Numbered from the stretch's first letter, positions 18,313-28,532 are shown. The stretch is 64,000 nt of DNA from a bacterium (GCA_040390065.1 JAZJZE010000004.1:1-64000); one strand, 5' to 3'. The notes: generated by a model not told the origin, from the sequence alone. Made by a program: numbers and translations.

Positions 18313-20271
18313 TTATCCTTTGTTCCGATGGGGCCTCGAAAGGTCATCGGGGTCTGTCGGCAGCCTGGCTGTCATGTTCCGCCGACCCCCCTCCGTCACT
18401 GCAACATCGTCCTCGATGCGGATGCCGATGCCGGCCGTCCCCGGCGGGCAGGTTGCGTAATCCGGATTGAAGTAGAGGCCCGGCTCGATCGTCAGCACCA
18501 TGCCTTCTTTCAGCAGACGGGGCTTTCCATCGGGACCGACCATGGCGCCGGCGTCGTGGACGTCGAGGCCCAGCCAGTGGCTCGTTCCGTGCATGAAAAA
18601 GCTGCGGTACAAGCCGGTCTTGACGGCCTTCTCGACCGAACCGGACAGCATTCCCAGGTCCACCAGGCCGGACGTCAAGACCTCGACCGCCTTCTCATGA
18701 GGCGCACGGAAGGGGACGCCAGGGCGTACCTCGCGCATGGCGGCATTGTGCGCGGCCAAGACGAGTTCGTACAGCTCGACTTGGCGCCGGGAGAATTCGC
18801 CACCCACCGGATACGTCCGCGTGATGTCGGAGGTGTAGTAGCCCCACTCGCAGCCAGCGTCGATGAGGAACAATTCCCCGGCACGCAAGCGGTCGAGGTT
18901 CGACACGTAATGCAGCACCGCCGCGTTCGGGCCGCAGCCGCAGATGGACGGGTAGCCAACGCCCGTCGAGCCCGAATGGCGCGCCTGGTGCACGAAGTCG
19001 GCTTCGACCTCGAACTCCTGGCCGCCACCAACAATGCCCCTGGCGGCGCGAAGATGCGCCTCCACGCCGAGGTCGCAGGCCTTCTGCAGCATCTTGAGCT
19101 CGGCCGGTTCCTTCACCAGCCGCATCTCGTGCACCAACTCACGGCCGTGCGAGGCGGTCCGCCGGCGACGCTTGCCGCCCTTCGGTGGCCCGCCCGGGCG
19201 CTGCGCAGCGAGGTCGTCCTCGACCCAGCGGCGGCCGGCCGCCCTCGCGACGCGGCGGCGGACCACGGAATCGTGGTCGGAAATCGCGTGCACCTTGGAC
19301 TTGCCTAGGACTCGCTTCAAGCGCTCGGAAAGTTCCGTGATGTCGTAGGCCCGGTCGACGTCGAGGACGCCGGCCCGCTCTACGCCGAGGCGACGCCCTG
19401 TCCATATCTCGGCCTCCTTCTTGCGGTCGCGCAGAAAGAGCGTCGACGCGCCGCTGCCGCCCTGAAGGACAAGCACGGCGCCAGGCTCGTTGAAGCCCGT
19501 CAAGTACCAGAAGTCGCTGTGCGGCCGGAAGACGTAGTCCACGTCGTGGCTGAACTGGTGCGTCGGGTGCGTCGCGACGACGAGGGCATGGCCGTCGCCC
19601 AACTGCTTGGCCAGCTTGGCGCGGCGCTTCGTGTACGACGAAAGCGGCAGCTGCGGCGCCGGGCCGGGAGCGAGGTCGGCGAAGTTCAACGACCGCCCAT
19701 GGCGGTGGACGTAAAGGAGGCTTGCGAAGGCCGGCGGCTGGGCGGGGCCCCGTTGTTCGACTCGGATGTAGGCCGATGATTCGGTGGATGCGACGCCCTC
19801 GTCCGCGGCACCGGGGTCAGGCCGCGTTCGGGCCGCCCGAGGTCTCTTGGCCGCGAGCGTGGCCTCGACGATGAAGAGGATCCAGTGAACGACGAGCAAT
19901 CCAGAAATAACGAAGGGGCCCGCAAGAAGTTGGGCTGGTTTGGTTTCCTCGAACACGTTCAAGTCCCAAGTCGGAAAGGCGCCAAAAACCGCCCAAGAGC
20001 TGGTGACGGCGGCCAGCAATCCCCAGGTAGCGAACCGTAGGCCCGGTGGACGGACGACGAGCGCGCAAGCCGCGGACAGGACGGCGCCCGATGCCAAAAT
20101 TGCCAGCCAGCCTGTTTCGCCGTAGCGGACGGTCGTTGTCCAATCACCGCAGCCCAGGAAGCAGGTGCGGGATTCCTGGCTCCACAAGGGCAGAAGGCCT
20201 GCTAGAGGGGTGAGGAGCAGGGCGACGGACGCAGCGATAGCGACTTTGCCGCCCACAATTCCAAACCGCAT
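18313..20271 (-). CDS. pepP: Xaa-Pro aminopeptidase (M24B), in frame with an N-terminal membrane module; the soluble form may start at TTG 19689
   Basis: DFWYLTGF, DAGCE, SDITRT, HGTSHWLGLDVHD, TIEPG, GIRIEDD. Confidence 0.9.
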   Translation of the reverse strand: MRFGIVGGKVAIAASVALLLTPLAGLLPLWSQESRTCFLGCGDWTTTVRYGETGWLAILASGAVLSAACALVVRPPGLRFATWGLLAAVTSSWAVFGAFPTWDLNVFEETKPAQLLAGPFVISGLLVVHWILFIVEATLAAKRPRAARTRPDPGAADEGVASTESSAYIRVEQRGPAQPPAFASLLYVHRHGRSLNFADLAPGPAPQLPLSSYTKRRAKLAKQLGDGHALVVATHPTHQFSHDVDYVFRPHSDFWYLTGFNEPGAVLVLQGGSGASTLFLRDRKKEAEIWTGRRLGVERAGVLDVDRAYDITELSERLKRVLGKSKVHAISDHDSVVRRRVARAAGRRWVEDDLAAQRPGGPPKGGKRRRRTASHGRELVHEMRLVKEPAELKMLQKACDLGVEAHLRAARGIVGGGQEFEVEADFVHQARHSGSTGVGYPSICGCGPNAAVLHYVSNLDRLRAGELFLIDAGCEWGYYTSDITRTYPVGGEFSRRQVELYELVLAAHNAAMREVRPGVPFRAPHEKAVEVLTSGLVDLGMLSGSVEKAVKTGLYRSFFMHGTSHWLGLDVHDAGAMVGPDGKPRLLKEGMVLTIEPGLYFNPDYATCPPGTAGIGIRIEDDVAVTEGGRRNMTARLPTDPDDLSRPHRNKG

Positions 20272-20352
20272 TGCCACTGGAGCCCAGCCGCCTTAGTTCA
20301 AGGTTGCGGGGTCTGCACGGCAACCGAACAGAAAGCTGGCCTGGCTCCTCGC

Positions 20353-20508
20353 CTAGCGAGTGGCCTTCACCATCGTCGTCTTGGGGTTCCAGTTGGAGAC
20401 CAGGGTGTTGGGCGGCGGCGGATTGGCGAAGTCCACGCCGTGCGTGTCCTTGGCGAACTTGCGGAACTTCGCGGCCCACGGATTGGTGCTGGTCGCGAAC
20501 GATTTCAT
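20353..20508 (-). CDS. Small protein or 5'-truncated gene remnant (51 aa)
   Basis: Strong GC3 codon bias; MKSFATSTNPWAAKFRKFAKDTHGVDFANPPPP. Confidence 0.4.
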   Translation of the reverse strand: MKSFATSTNPWAAKFRKFAKDTHGVDFANPPPPNTLVSNWNPKTTMVKATR

Positions 20509-20573
20509 CGCCTTCCGGCGAGTGGTAGAAACGCATTGGGGCGTGGGCAGCGATGGCCGAAGGCAAACTGACT

Positions 20574-21116
20574 TCAGATTGCGATGCCCGCCAACTCCGC
20601 CAGTTTGCGGACCGTGTTCCAGTTGCGCGCCGTCACCGACGTTCCGGCCGCCTTGTCGATGAGGGCCGGAGTCAGCTTCGAGCGGCCGACACCATTCGGG
20701 TAGTCGAACCAGAGGATGTCGCCCTGCGTCGCGACGCGTTCGCCGTTCTGCGCGCGGGGCCCGAGTTCCGCTGCCGCTTCCGCCCGGGGTTTGCGTTGGC
20801 CGACCCCGATGAGAAGGAGGCTTGGCCGGTCGCGCGCGGCTTCGGGAAAGGGCGGGGCAAGGTACGCCGTCCACTGCTTGGCCGTGCGCACAATCACGGG
20901 CACGTCGAACTTGAAGCGCATCCGGATAGCGTGCTCAAGCTGCGCCTGCACGGCCTTCGCGGGACCAGGCGCCGTAAAGACCAGGTTGCCGCTCTGGATG
21001 TGGGTCTTGACGTCCGTGAAGTCGAGCCCTTCGCACAGGGCCCGCAGCTCAGCCATGGGAACCGTGCGCCGCCCGACCACGTTCACGGCACGCAGAAGGG
21101 CAACGAAGGTCGTCAT
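20574..21116 (-). CDS. DUF1697 domain protein
   Basis: FVALLRAVNV, VPMAELR, THIQSGN, TARNWNTV. Confidence 0.9.
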   Translation of the reverse strand: MTTFVALLRAVNVVGRRTVPMAELRALCEGLDFTDVKTHIQSGNLVFTAPGPAKAVQAQLEHAIRMRFKFDVPVIVRTAKQWTAYLAPPFPEAARDRPSLLLIGVGQRKPRAEAAAELGPRAQNGERVATQGDILWFDYPNGVGRSKLTPALIDKAAGTSVTARNWNTVRKLAELAGIAI

Positions 21117-21117
21117 G

Positions 21118-23097
21118 TCATCCGCGGAAGATGGGCCTCTGACTCAGCATCACGGGAAGGGGAAGCGGAGCGCGCGGTTCGGATCCGACGTTGAGTTCAC
21201 AGACGCGAATCAGGTCCTCCAGCGTGGCCGGCGTGTCCGGTGCCAAGCCCGCAGCCGCGAGCCATTCCGCCTTTCGCGAACGAGGCACGAACTTGCCGGA
21301 CGCTTTCTCCTTGTCGCCGACGACCACGAGAAGCGGCACCCAGTCGGTCTCGGCGATGGCGATCTTCTTGCCAACACCATTGGAGGAGTCGTCGACGTCT
21401 GCGCGGAAGCCGGCGCGATTCACTTCCCCGGCCAGACGCCTGCACTCTTCGAGGAACGAGTCGTTGAGCGGAAGGAAGCGAATCTGCGTGGGACTCAACC
21501 AGAAGGGCAGGCTCGGCTTCTTCCCCGCCTTGGCCTCCATGCTCTGATGTTCGAGGATGGCGCACAGGTTGCGATCGATGGCGCCGGAAATGCTGGTGTG
21601 CAGTAGGAACGGGTTCTTGCGCGAGCCGTCCGCCGCCGTGTACTCGATGCCGAAGTTCTGGGGGTTCTGCGTGTCGATCTGGACCGTGCTCAGCGCGAAG
21701 GCCTTGTTGACGGTGTCGTTGAAGTTGAACTCGAACTTCATGACGAAGTAGAAGGTCTGCTGCTCCCACATCTCGACCAGGACCGGCTTGTTGACGGTGC
21801 GGGCGAGGCTCACGGCGAAGTCCTTGTTCTCCTCGTAGAAGCCGCGCACGAAGCGCACGGCCGTCTCGAACGGGACCTGGAGGCCTTCCATCCACTCCTT
21901 GCTGCGGTCGAATTGGCGCTTGAACTCCTCGCGCGCCTGCTGCAGGTCCGCAACCAGCGTGTGCATGTCGGGCATGGTGAAACAGCGCAGGCGCTTGATG
22001 CCGGCCGTCTCTCCCGACTGCTCGCGGCGGAAGGAGTAGTGCGTGAGTTCGTAGATGCGCGCCGGAAGGTGGCGGTAGCTGAGACTCGCGCGCCCCATCG
22101 AGAGGTACATGCCGAAGCAGGCAGCAAAGCGCAGAAACAGTTCCTTCTCGTCGGACTTGATGCGGTACTGGCGCGCCGGGAACTTGTTGAGGTACTTGTT
22201 CAAGGCCGGGTGGTTGACGTCGTACATGATGGGCGTCTCGATCTGCAGGCCACCCGCGTCGCGGCACACCTTGTTGATCTTCTCCTCCAGGAGACGCTTG
22301 ATGAGTTGGCCCTTGGGGAACCAGCGCATGTTGCCCGTGTCGCTGCCGGGTTCGTAGTCGACCAGCTCCATCTGCTGCATGAGCGCGATGTGGGCTGGTT
22401 CCTGGTCCGCCTTGCGCGAGCCGCCGTGCTCGTAGGCGTAGAACTTTGCCAGGCCGGGCCACGGGGCGAAGTCGAACGTGTCGGCCGGGACGAAGGACCC
22501 GTCTGGGGACAGGACGTACCACTGCGACTTGAGGCCCTTTTCGGCCTTCAGCGCGAGATTCTGCTCGTCCGAGGCCACGGACCCTCCGCCGTCGCCCGGT
22601 GCCGCCGGTCCCCCATGGATGCTCGCCTTGGCTTGCATCTGCGCCGCCGCAACGCTGCTCGACGCGGCTACGCCGTCGGGCAGGACATGCTTGGAAAGCT
22701 CCGACAGCGGGTGGCCCTTGCATGACAACGTGAACGCCTTGTACCAACCGAAGGGCGATTGTTTGACCTCGTAGTCGGCAGGGAGTGCCGCTTTGAGGAG
22801 CGGCAGCGCCTGGATGGCGATGGGCGGCGCGGCCAGGTCGTTGGAGATGTGGGCGTACGGGTACAACATCACGCGCTTCGTCTTCACCTGGTCCGCGACC
22901 TTGACAATCTCGGCGACGGCCTTTGCGACCGAGGACGGCAAGTTGGCTTCGTCCGGCTTCTCGACGGCGACGAAGGCGCACAGGCACTCCTCCATGCGGC
23001 CGGCCTTGTCGGCGTCGGCGAGTTCCGGCGCCGACTTGAGGGCCTTCTTGGTGGCCTTGTACTCGATGAAGTCGGAGTGGACGAGAAGCAGCTTCAC
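21118..23097 (-). CDS. thrS: Threonine--tRNA ligase, archaeal type with N-terminal editing domain
   Basis: KLLLVHSD, LYPYAHIS, SPFGWYKAF, CKGHPLSELS, LRFAACFG, SFRREQSGE, FTMPDMH. GTG start at 23097. Confidence 0.96.
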   Translation of the reverse strand: MKLLLVHSDFIEYKATKKALKSAPELADADKAGRMEECLCAFVAVEKPDEANLPSSVAKAVAEIVKVADQVKTKRVMLYPYAHISNDLAAPPIAIQALPLLKAALPADYEVKQSPFGWYKAFTLSCKGHPLSELSKHVLPDGVAASSSVAAAQMQAKASIHGGPAAPGDGGGSVASDEQNLALKAEKGLKSQWYVLSPDGSFVPADTFDFAPWPGLAKFYAYEHGGSRKADQEPAHIALMQQMELVDYEPGSDTGNMRWFPKGQLIKRLLEEKINKVCRDAGGLQIETPIMYDVNHPALNKYLNKFPARQYRIKSDEKELFLRFAACFGMYLSMGRASLSYRHLPARIYELTHYSFRREQSGETAGIKRLRCFTMPDMHTLVADLQQAREEFKRQFDRSKEWMEGLQVPFETAVRFVRGFYEENKDFAVSLARTVNKPVLVEMWEQQTFYFVMKFEFNFNDTVNKAFALSTVQIDTQNPQNFGIEYTAADGSRKNPFLLHTSISGAIDRNLCAILEHQSMEAKAGKKPSLPFWLSPTQIRFLPLNDSFLEECRRLAGEVNRAGFRADVDDSSNGVGKKIAIAETDWVPLLVVVGDKEKASGKFVPRSRKAEWLAAAGLAPDTPATLEDLIRVCELNVGSEPRAPLPLPVMLSQRPIFRG

Positions 23098-23219
23098 GGC
23101 GGCGGCCAGGCCGGATTCGCTGAAAGCGGTGTCGGCCCGCAACACCGGTCGCCGGCCGGGTCTCCCTCCTGTTGCCTCCCTGCGGCCACCTTTTCAAATA
23201 GGGGGTCGTGTGCGCGTCC

Positions 23220-23876
23220 GTGAAGGTGGCCCTAGTCCTGAACGGCGAGGAGCCGGGCAGCGACGAGTTGAAGCTCCTCGACGCATGCGACGCCATCGTC
23301 TGCGCCGACGGAGCCGCACAGGCCCTCCTGAAGACCGACCACGTCCCTTCCTTCATCGTCGGCGACCTCGACTCCCTGAAGCCGGACACATACAAGTGGG
23401 CCGAAGCGCTGGATGTCCCGATCGAGCGTCATGCGACGGACAAGGATGCCATCGACGGCGACTTGGCCCTCGACAAGGCGCTGGCCATCGGCGCGAAGTC
23501 CGTCCTGATCCTCGGCGGCCACGGGGGCCGCAGCGCCATGTTCCTCGCGAACCTCAAGATCCTGCGCCGTGTGCACGACCTTGGCCTCGACGGCTCGATG
23601 GTCGGTCGCGGCGAATCGTTGCGCTACCTCTCGGCGGGCGGCGAATTGTCCCTGGCCGGGCGAACCGGGGCGACGCTGAACATCATCTCGGTGGACGGGG
23701 ACGCGGTCATCACGTTGTCGGGCACGCAGTTCGACGGCAGCGACATCGTCCTGGAACGCAAGCGCAGCCGCGGGGTCTCCAACAAGATCACCTCCGACGG
23801 AGCCAAGATCATCGTGCGCTCCGGCGTGGTGCTCGCCATCGTCGAACGTAAGCGGCAAGAGTACCACATCACGTGA
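23220..23876 (+). CDS. thiN: Thiamine diphosphokinase
   Basis: CADGAA, VGDLDS, DKDAIDG, LGGHGGR, RGVSN. Confidence 0.9.
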   Translation: MKVALVLNGEEPGSDELKLLDACDAIVCADGAAQALLKTDHVPSFIVGDLDSLKPDTYKWAEALDVPIERHATDKDAIDGDLALDKALAIGAKSVLILGGHGGRSAMFLANLKILRRVHDLGLDGSMVGRGESLRYLSAGGELSLAGRTGATLNIISVDGDAVITLSGTQFDGSDIVLERKRSRGVSNKITSDGAKIIVRSGVVLAIVERKRQEYHIT

Positions 23877-25248
23877 TGGGGGAGGCCTTGCGCGCCGCGC
23901 GCGTCTGCCGGTCCGCGGCCAACAGGACGAGCATGCCGGAGACTGCGACGGCGACGGCGAAGACGTAGCTCCAACGGAAGTCGGCGACGCGCAAGATTGC
24001 GAAGGCCGACAGCGAGCCCAGCAGGGTTCCGGCGCCGATTGCCGCATGGTACGTGCCCACTCCCGCGCCGCGGCCACCGGGATGGATGTCGGCCAAGAGC
24101 ACGGGACCGTTCACCTGCAAGAGGGAGAAACTGAGCCCCATCATGGCGTGCAGCATGAGGAGGATCGCGTACCCGGGGACGCCGACGAAGGCCACCGTGA
24201 TGCACAAGAGGGGCAGGGTGATGGTGCGCAGGATGGAACCTTCCAGGATTCCCACGGCCTCCCCGAGGCGCGCGCCCAAGCGTCCCGCCCAAGGGTACGT
24301 GATGGGCGTCACGATGTTGCTTGGCGCCTGCGCGACGAGGACCAGTGCGGCAGGCAGCGCGAGGTGTCCAGCGAGCACGCCGGGGTAGGATGCGAAGAAG
24401 CAGACGGAGCCCGTGAACGTCAGGAGGTAGCCCACTGGCCACAGACGGCCTGGACCCGACAGCGCCTGGACGACTCCCTGGACCGTGGGCGAATTGCGCA
24501 GACGGCTGGGGAAGAAGACGGCCCGCTCGAAGCGACGCTGGCCGGCCTGGATGAGGCCGGCATCGAAGGGCATCTCATGCGGCAGCGGCGGCTGGTACGG
24601 CGGGATGAGGCGCGAGGCAACGATGGCGGCGAGCGCGCCTGCGGCGGCCGTGATGGCAAACACGTTGCCGAAGTGCGGCCCGCCGACGAGGTCATGCCCC
24701 AACAGCCAGACGCCAAGACGCCCCATCCGCTGCCAGACGTCGGGGCCGAGGGCAATCAGAATCGACAAGGCAAGTCCTGAAAGGTAGGCAAAACCGGTGC
24801 GCCGGCTCAAGGCCGCAGTGGTGCGCCCCCACATGGCGCGCGAAACGCGTTGCAGCACGAGCGTCGATGCCGCCGGCGCAGTTGCCGACCCGAACACGGT
24901 GTACGCCATGGCGAGGCCGACGAAGATGGGAAACGGCGGCAGCGCGGCCATGAGGATCATTGCCAGGGATGCGACGGCAAAGCCGGTGACCACGATGGGG
25001 CGTCGCCGGATGCCGCGGTCCATGATGGCCGCCCACACGAACGTCGCGGGGACGGCCGCGAGGTTCTGGGCCGCCGTAGCAAGTGCCAGGGCCCAGAGGG
25101 GCATGTTGTAGTGCAGGACGACCGTCAGCGGGATGACGGCACTCGACAGCCCGTCGCCGAAACGGAACGCGACGTAGCTCCAGCTCCACGACGGCAACTG
25201 CACTGGCCGTTCGGGGACTTCCACGCCTTCGCCAAGGCGAGCCGGCAT
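23869..25248 (-). CDS. MFS transporter
   Basis: About 12 TM; MDRGIRRRP loop; GRGAGVGTY. Confidence 0.85.
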   Translation of the reverse strand: MPARLGEGVEVPERPVQLPSWSWSYVAFRFGDGLSSAVIPLTVVLHYNMPLWALALATAAQNLAAVPATFVWAAIMDRGIRRRPIVVTGFAVASLAMILMAALPPFPIFVGLAMAYTVFGSATAPAASTLVLQRVSRAMWGRTTAALSRRTGFAYLSGLALSILIALGPDVWQRMGRLGVWLLGHDLVGGPHFGNVFAITAAAGALAAIVASRLIPPYQPPLPHEMPFDAGLIQAGQRRFERAVFFPSRLRNSPTVQGVVQALSGPGRLWPVGYLLTFTGSVCFFASYPGVLAGHLALPAALVLVAQAPSNIVTPITYPWAGRLGARLGEAVGILEGSILRTITLPLLCITVAFVGVPGYAILLMLHAMMGLSFSLLQVNGPVLLADIHPGGRGAGVGTYHAAIGAGTLLGSLSAFAILRVADFRWSYVFAVAVAVSGMLVLLAADRQTRAARKASPIT

Positions 25249-25310
25249 GTCGCCTTTCCTGCCCCCAGCCAAACCACAAGCCCCAACTCTGGCGCACCCA
25301 TGAGGGCGGC

Positions 25311-27611
25311 GTGGCGGCGGACCCGCTGGTCATCCTGGCCATGCTGGCCCTCGGACTCGGTGCCGCCGGGTGGCTGAGCCATCGCCTCCGCTTGCCGCCT
25401 GCCCTCGGATACCTGGCTGTCGGCGCGGTGCTGTCGCCAACGGTGAGCCAGACCCCGAACTTCCCGATTCCGGCCAACCTGCTGCAACCCGCGGCGCAGG
25501 TCGGCGTCTTGTTCCTGTTGTTTGCCATCGGCCTCGACTTGGACTTGAAACGACTGCGCGAGATCCTGCGCAAGGGCGCCCTCGTCCTGCCGCTCGACAT
25601 CCTCGTGCCGACGCTTCTCATCACGGCGGCCGCACGCCTGGCCGGATGGGACCTTCTGCAGGCGGCAATCCTTGGCCTGACCCTCAGTCTTTCGTCGACG
25701 CTGTTTGGCGAACGCTTCGCGGGCGCCGGCGGCTTCCCCCTGGACGCACGGCAACGCACCCTCGGCATCCTCTTGGCCGAAGACCTCGCAGCCGTGGCGC
25801 TGCTGGCCGTCTTTGCCATCCTGGGAACCCCCGGCCACGCTGGCACGCAATGGGTGGCCCCGCTTTACGCGGTGGCGAAGCTCGTCTTCCTCTTCGTGCT
25901 CGTGACGACCGCCGCGCTCCTCGTCGTGCCGCGCGTGCTCGACGCCGTTGCGCGCACCCATTCGCATGAACTCATGGTCCTCGTCGGCGCCGCCGCCGTC
26001 CTCGGCTTCGGCTGGCTCGGCTTCGCCGCCGGGTCCGCTGAATTGGGCGCCCTCGTGGCGGGGGTGGCAGCGGCAGAGGCGGGGTCGCGTTTCGTCGTCC
26101 GCAACGGCTTGCAGACCGTGCGCGACTTGGCCCTGGCGCTGTTCTTCTTCGTCTCGGGTCTGTCCACGAACCTCGGCGACGTCGCGTCGCACCCCGTCCT
26201 GGTTCTCTCCGTCGCGGCTCTCTTCCTCGTGGCGAAGGTGATGGTGCATGTCCCGGCTGGATTGGTCGCCGGATTGTCCGCCGAGGGAGCCGTCCGCAGC
26301 GCCTTGGCGCTTGGCACCGTCGGTGAATTCAACCTCATCCTCGTGGGCGCCGCCCAGATCCACGGCCTGGCGCATGGCCTTCTGGGCACGGCCGTCGTGG
26401 GCGCCATGTTCGTCCTACTCGTGGCCGTCCCAATCCTGTTGCGCGCCGTTCCCCGCATCGTCGCGGCCTTGAACCACTTGCCCGACCGGTTCCGCAAGCC
26501 CCTGCGTTGGCTCGTGCAGAGCCTGCGCGCCAGCCGGACGGGACGCCTTGACCCCGGCCGCGGTCGGTCCGGCGCCATTCTTGCCGCCAACCTCATCCTG
26601 CTTGCTGGTTGGGCCGTGCTGGCCACGGCTCTCGACCCCGTCGCAATCCGGCAGCTGCCACGCTTTCCCCACGCGGCACCCTTCCTCGTCTACTCCGTGT
26701 CCTTCGCCGTTGCCTTGCCCCTCGTGTGGGGGACGTACCGCAGTTACCGCAACCTCGTGCGGCTTCTCGTCGGACTGGAGGCCTCCCAAAGCAACGCCTC
26801 CGCGCGGGCCAAGGCACGTCTCATCGATACTGCCGTCGCCGTCACCATCGCTATCCTGCTGATTCCCCTGACATTGCTGGTTCCCGTCGCCTCACCGGTC
26901 CTTCTGGCCGGCCTCTTGGTCGCCGTCGTCCTTGCGGCGGTCGCGTGGCGGCAACTCGGCGGCTTCCACCGTGCCCTCGAAGCGACCGTGACGCGCGTGC
27001 TTGGCCAGGACGCGGACGCCTCGGCCATCCTGGACAAAGTCATGGAGCAATACCCGTTCGGCGTCCGCTTCTCCGCCGTGGCCTTGCCGCCTGGCTCTCC
27101 GGTGGCCGGCCAGACCATCGCGAAAGCCAGGGTCGAGGAACTCACCGGCGCCACGATTGCCGTCCTGCAGCGCCGCGGCCACGAAATCGTCAATCCGGCG
27201 CCATCGGAGCCCCTCTACGTCGGGGACACCGTGGTCCTCATGGGGGACACGCACCAATTGGAGCGTGCCGAAGCCCTCCTGGTCGCCCACGGAGATGCGT
27301 TGCGACTCACGGCCCAGAGCCGGCTCGCCACCGTGGTCGAGGTCGTCGTGCATGCCGGCAGCGCACTTGTGGGCCAGTCGCTCGGCGAGGCGGACATGCA
27401 GAACCGCACCGGGACCCTCGTCGTCGGCGTTTGGCCCCAGGCAGGCCGCCACCCGGCGCCTTTCCGGCCGGACGTCATCCTGCGCGAAGGCGACCGCCTC
27501 ATCGTTCTCGGATCGAGCCTTCAGGTCGAGCGCGCGCGGCTGCTCGCCGAAGGGGAAGAGCAGACCTCGGTCATCGAGGCAGCGGACGAACCGACGAGCC
27601 CTGCGGCCTAG
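25311..27611 (+). CDS. CPA2 cation:proton antiporter with two TrkA-C (RCK-C) domains
   Basis: LGYLAVG, LFLLFAIGL, SLSST, LLAEDLA, GEFN; two C-terminal RCK-C repeats. Confidence 0.88.
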   Translation: MAADPLVILAMLALGLGAAGWLSHRLRLPPALGYLAVGAVLSPTVSQTPNFPIPANLLQPAAQVGVLFLLFAIGLDLDLKRLREILRKGALVLPLDILVPTLLITAAARLAGWDLLQAAILGLTLSLSSTLFGERFAGAGGFPLDARQRTLGILLAEDLAAVALLAVFAILGTPGHAGTQWVAPLYAVAKLVFLFVLVTTAALLVVPRVLDAVARTHSHELMVLVGAAAVLGFGWLGFAAGSAELGALVAGVAAAEAGSRFVVRNGLQTVRDLALALFFFVSGLSTNLGDVASHPVLVLSVAALFLVAKVMVHVPAGLVAGLSAEGAVRSALALGTVGEFNLILVGAAQIHGLAHGLLGTAVVGAMFVLLVAVPILLRAVPRIVAALNHLPDRFRKPLRWLVQSLRASRTGRLDPGRGRSGAILAANLILLAGWAVLATALDPVAIRQLPRFPHAAPFLVYSVSFAVALPLVWGTYRSYRNLVRLLVGLEASQSNASARAKARLIDTAVAVTIAILLIPLTLLVPVASPVLLAGLLVAVVLAAVAWRQLGGFHRALEATVTRVLGQDADASAILDKVMEQYPFGVRFSAVALPPGSPVAGQTIAKARVEELTGATIAVLQRRGHEIVNPAPSEPLYVGDTVVLMGDTHQLERAEALLVAHGDALRLTAQSRLATVVEVVVHAGSALVGQSLGEADMQNRTGTLVVGVWPQAGRHPAPFRPDVILREGDRLIVLGSSLQVERARLLAEGEEQTSVIEAADEPTSPAA

Positions 27612-28303
27612 CGGTTGCGGCGGGACGCGACCAGCGCGACGCCGAGCACCAGGAGGGCCACGAAGGGCACGTCCGCCAGCGGCGAGGCCTTGGAGGTGCC
27701 GGCCGGCGTGGTCGGGCAGGTGGCGCCGACGCAGGGCGGCTGGCCCGAGGTCGTCATGTTGCCCTTGCCGGGGCCGGTCGTGAACGTAATCTGGGTGATT
27801 GCGGTCGCGTACAGGACCGACTCTTGGCCGGAGGCCGCCGAGTTGCTGCACGTTGAGGGCGTGGTCGTGTAGTTGGCGTAGACCGTGTAGGCGTGCATGT
27901 GGTTGGCCGGGGCAGTCGAGGCGATGTTCACGACCAATTGGGCTCCCGGCGCCGCGGGGGCACCACTGACGGAATCCTGGGTGGAGCTCTGGGGGATTGG
28001 CATCGAGAGGCTCGAAGCGCCTCCGATGGTGATGCCCGCCGGGGCCTCCTTGCTGGTGGCGATGGCGACCGACCCAGTGCCGGCCTGGCACACCGTGTAC
28101 GTCATGGTGGCGCTCGTGAAGGTGACATTGAACGTCATGGAGCCGCCAAGGGGAATGATAGGGCTGGAGGGCGAGGCCGTAAGACCGCTCACGCTGGAAT
28201 GCGGGCAGATGGGCGACGTACATGCCGCGTCGGCCGGCATCGGGACAAGCATCAGGGCGGCGACTGCGGGAATCAGCAGGACGCGGAGGTTCGCCATGGT
28301 CAT
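27608..28303 (-). CDS. Cys/Thr-rich cell-surface protein with a C-terminal sorting-like signal
   Basis: Signal peptide, Ig-like body, ends KASPLADVPFVALLVLGVALVASRRNR. Confidence 0.7.
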   Translation of the reverse strand: MTMANLRVLLIPAVAALMLVPMPADAACTSPICPHSSVSGLTASPSSPIIPLGGSMTFNVTFTSATMTYTVCQAGTGSVAIATSKEAPAGITIGGASSLSMPIPQSSTQDSVSGAPAAPGAQLVVNIASTAPANHMHAYTVYANYTTTPSTCSNSAASGQESVLYATAITQITFTTGPGKGNMTTSGQPPCVGATCPTTPAGTSKASPLADVPFVALLVLGVALVASRRNR

Positions 28304-28532
28304 GGGGACGGGGACCCCTATTTATGATGTTTCGGGCAATCTTGCCGTCGCCCCGACTTGCCGAGGCCGGTGTCCGCCAGGAGGCACCTCGCAGCCGGAG
28401 GGGCCCGACCCGGGATGTTTGGGGTGCCAAGGCTGCAAGCAAAACAGCGCTAGGATGGCGTCCTGTAGCAATCAACGCACATGGCACTCCGCGCCGGCCA
28501 CCGCGCATCCACGTCACCCAGCTGCCCCGCCG

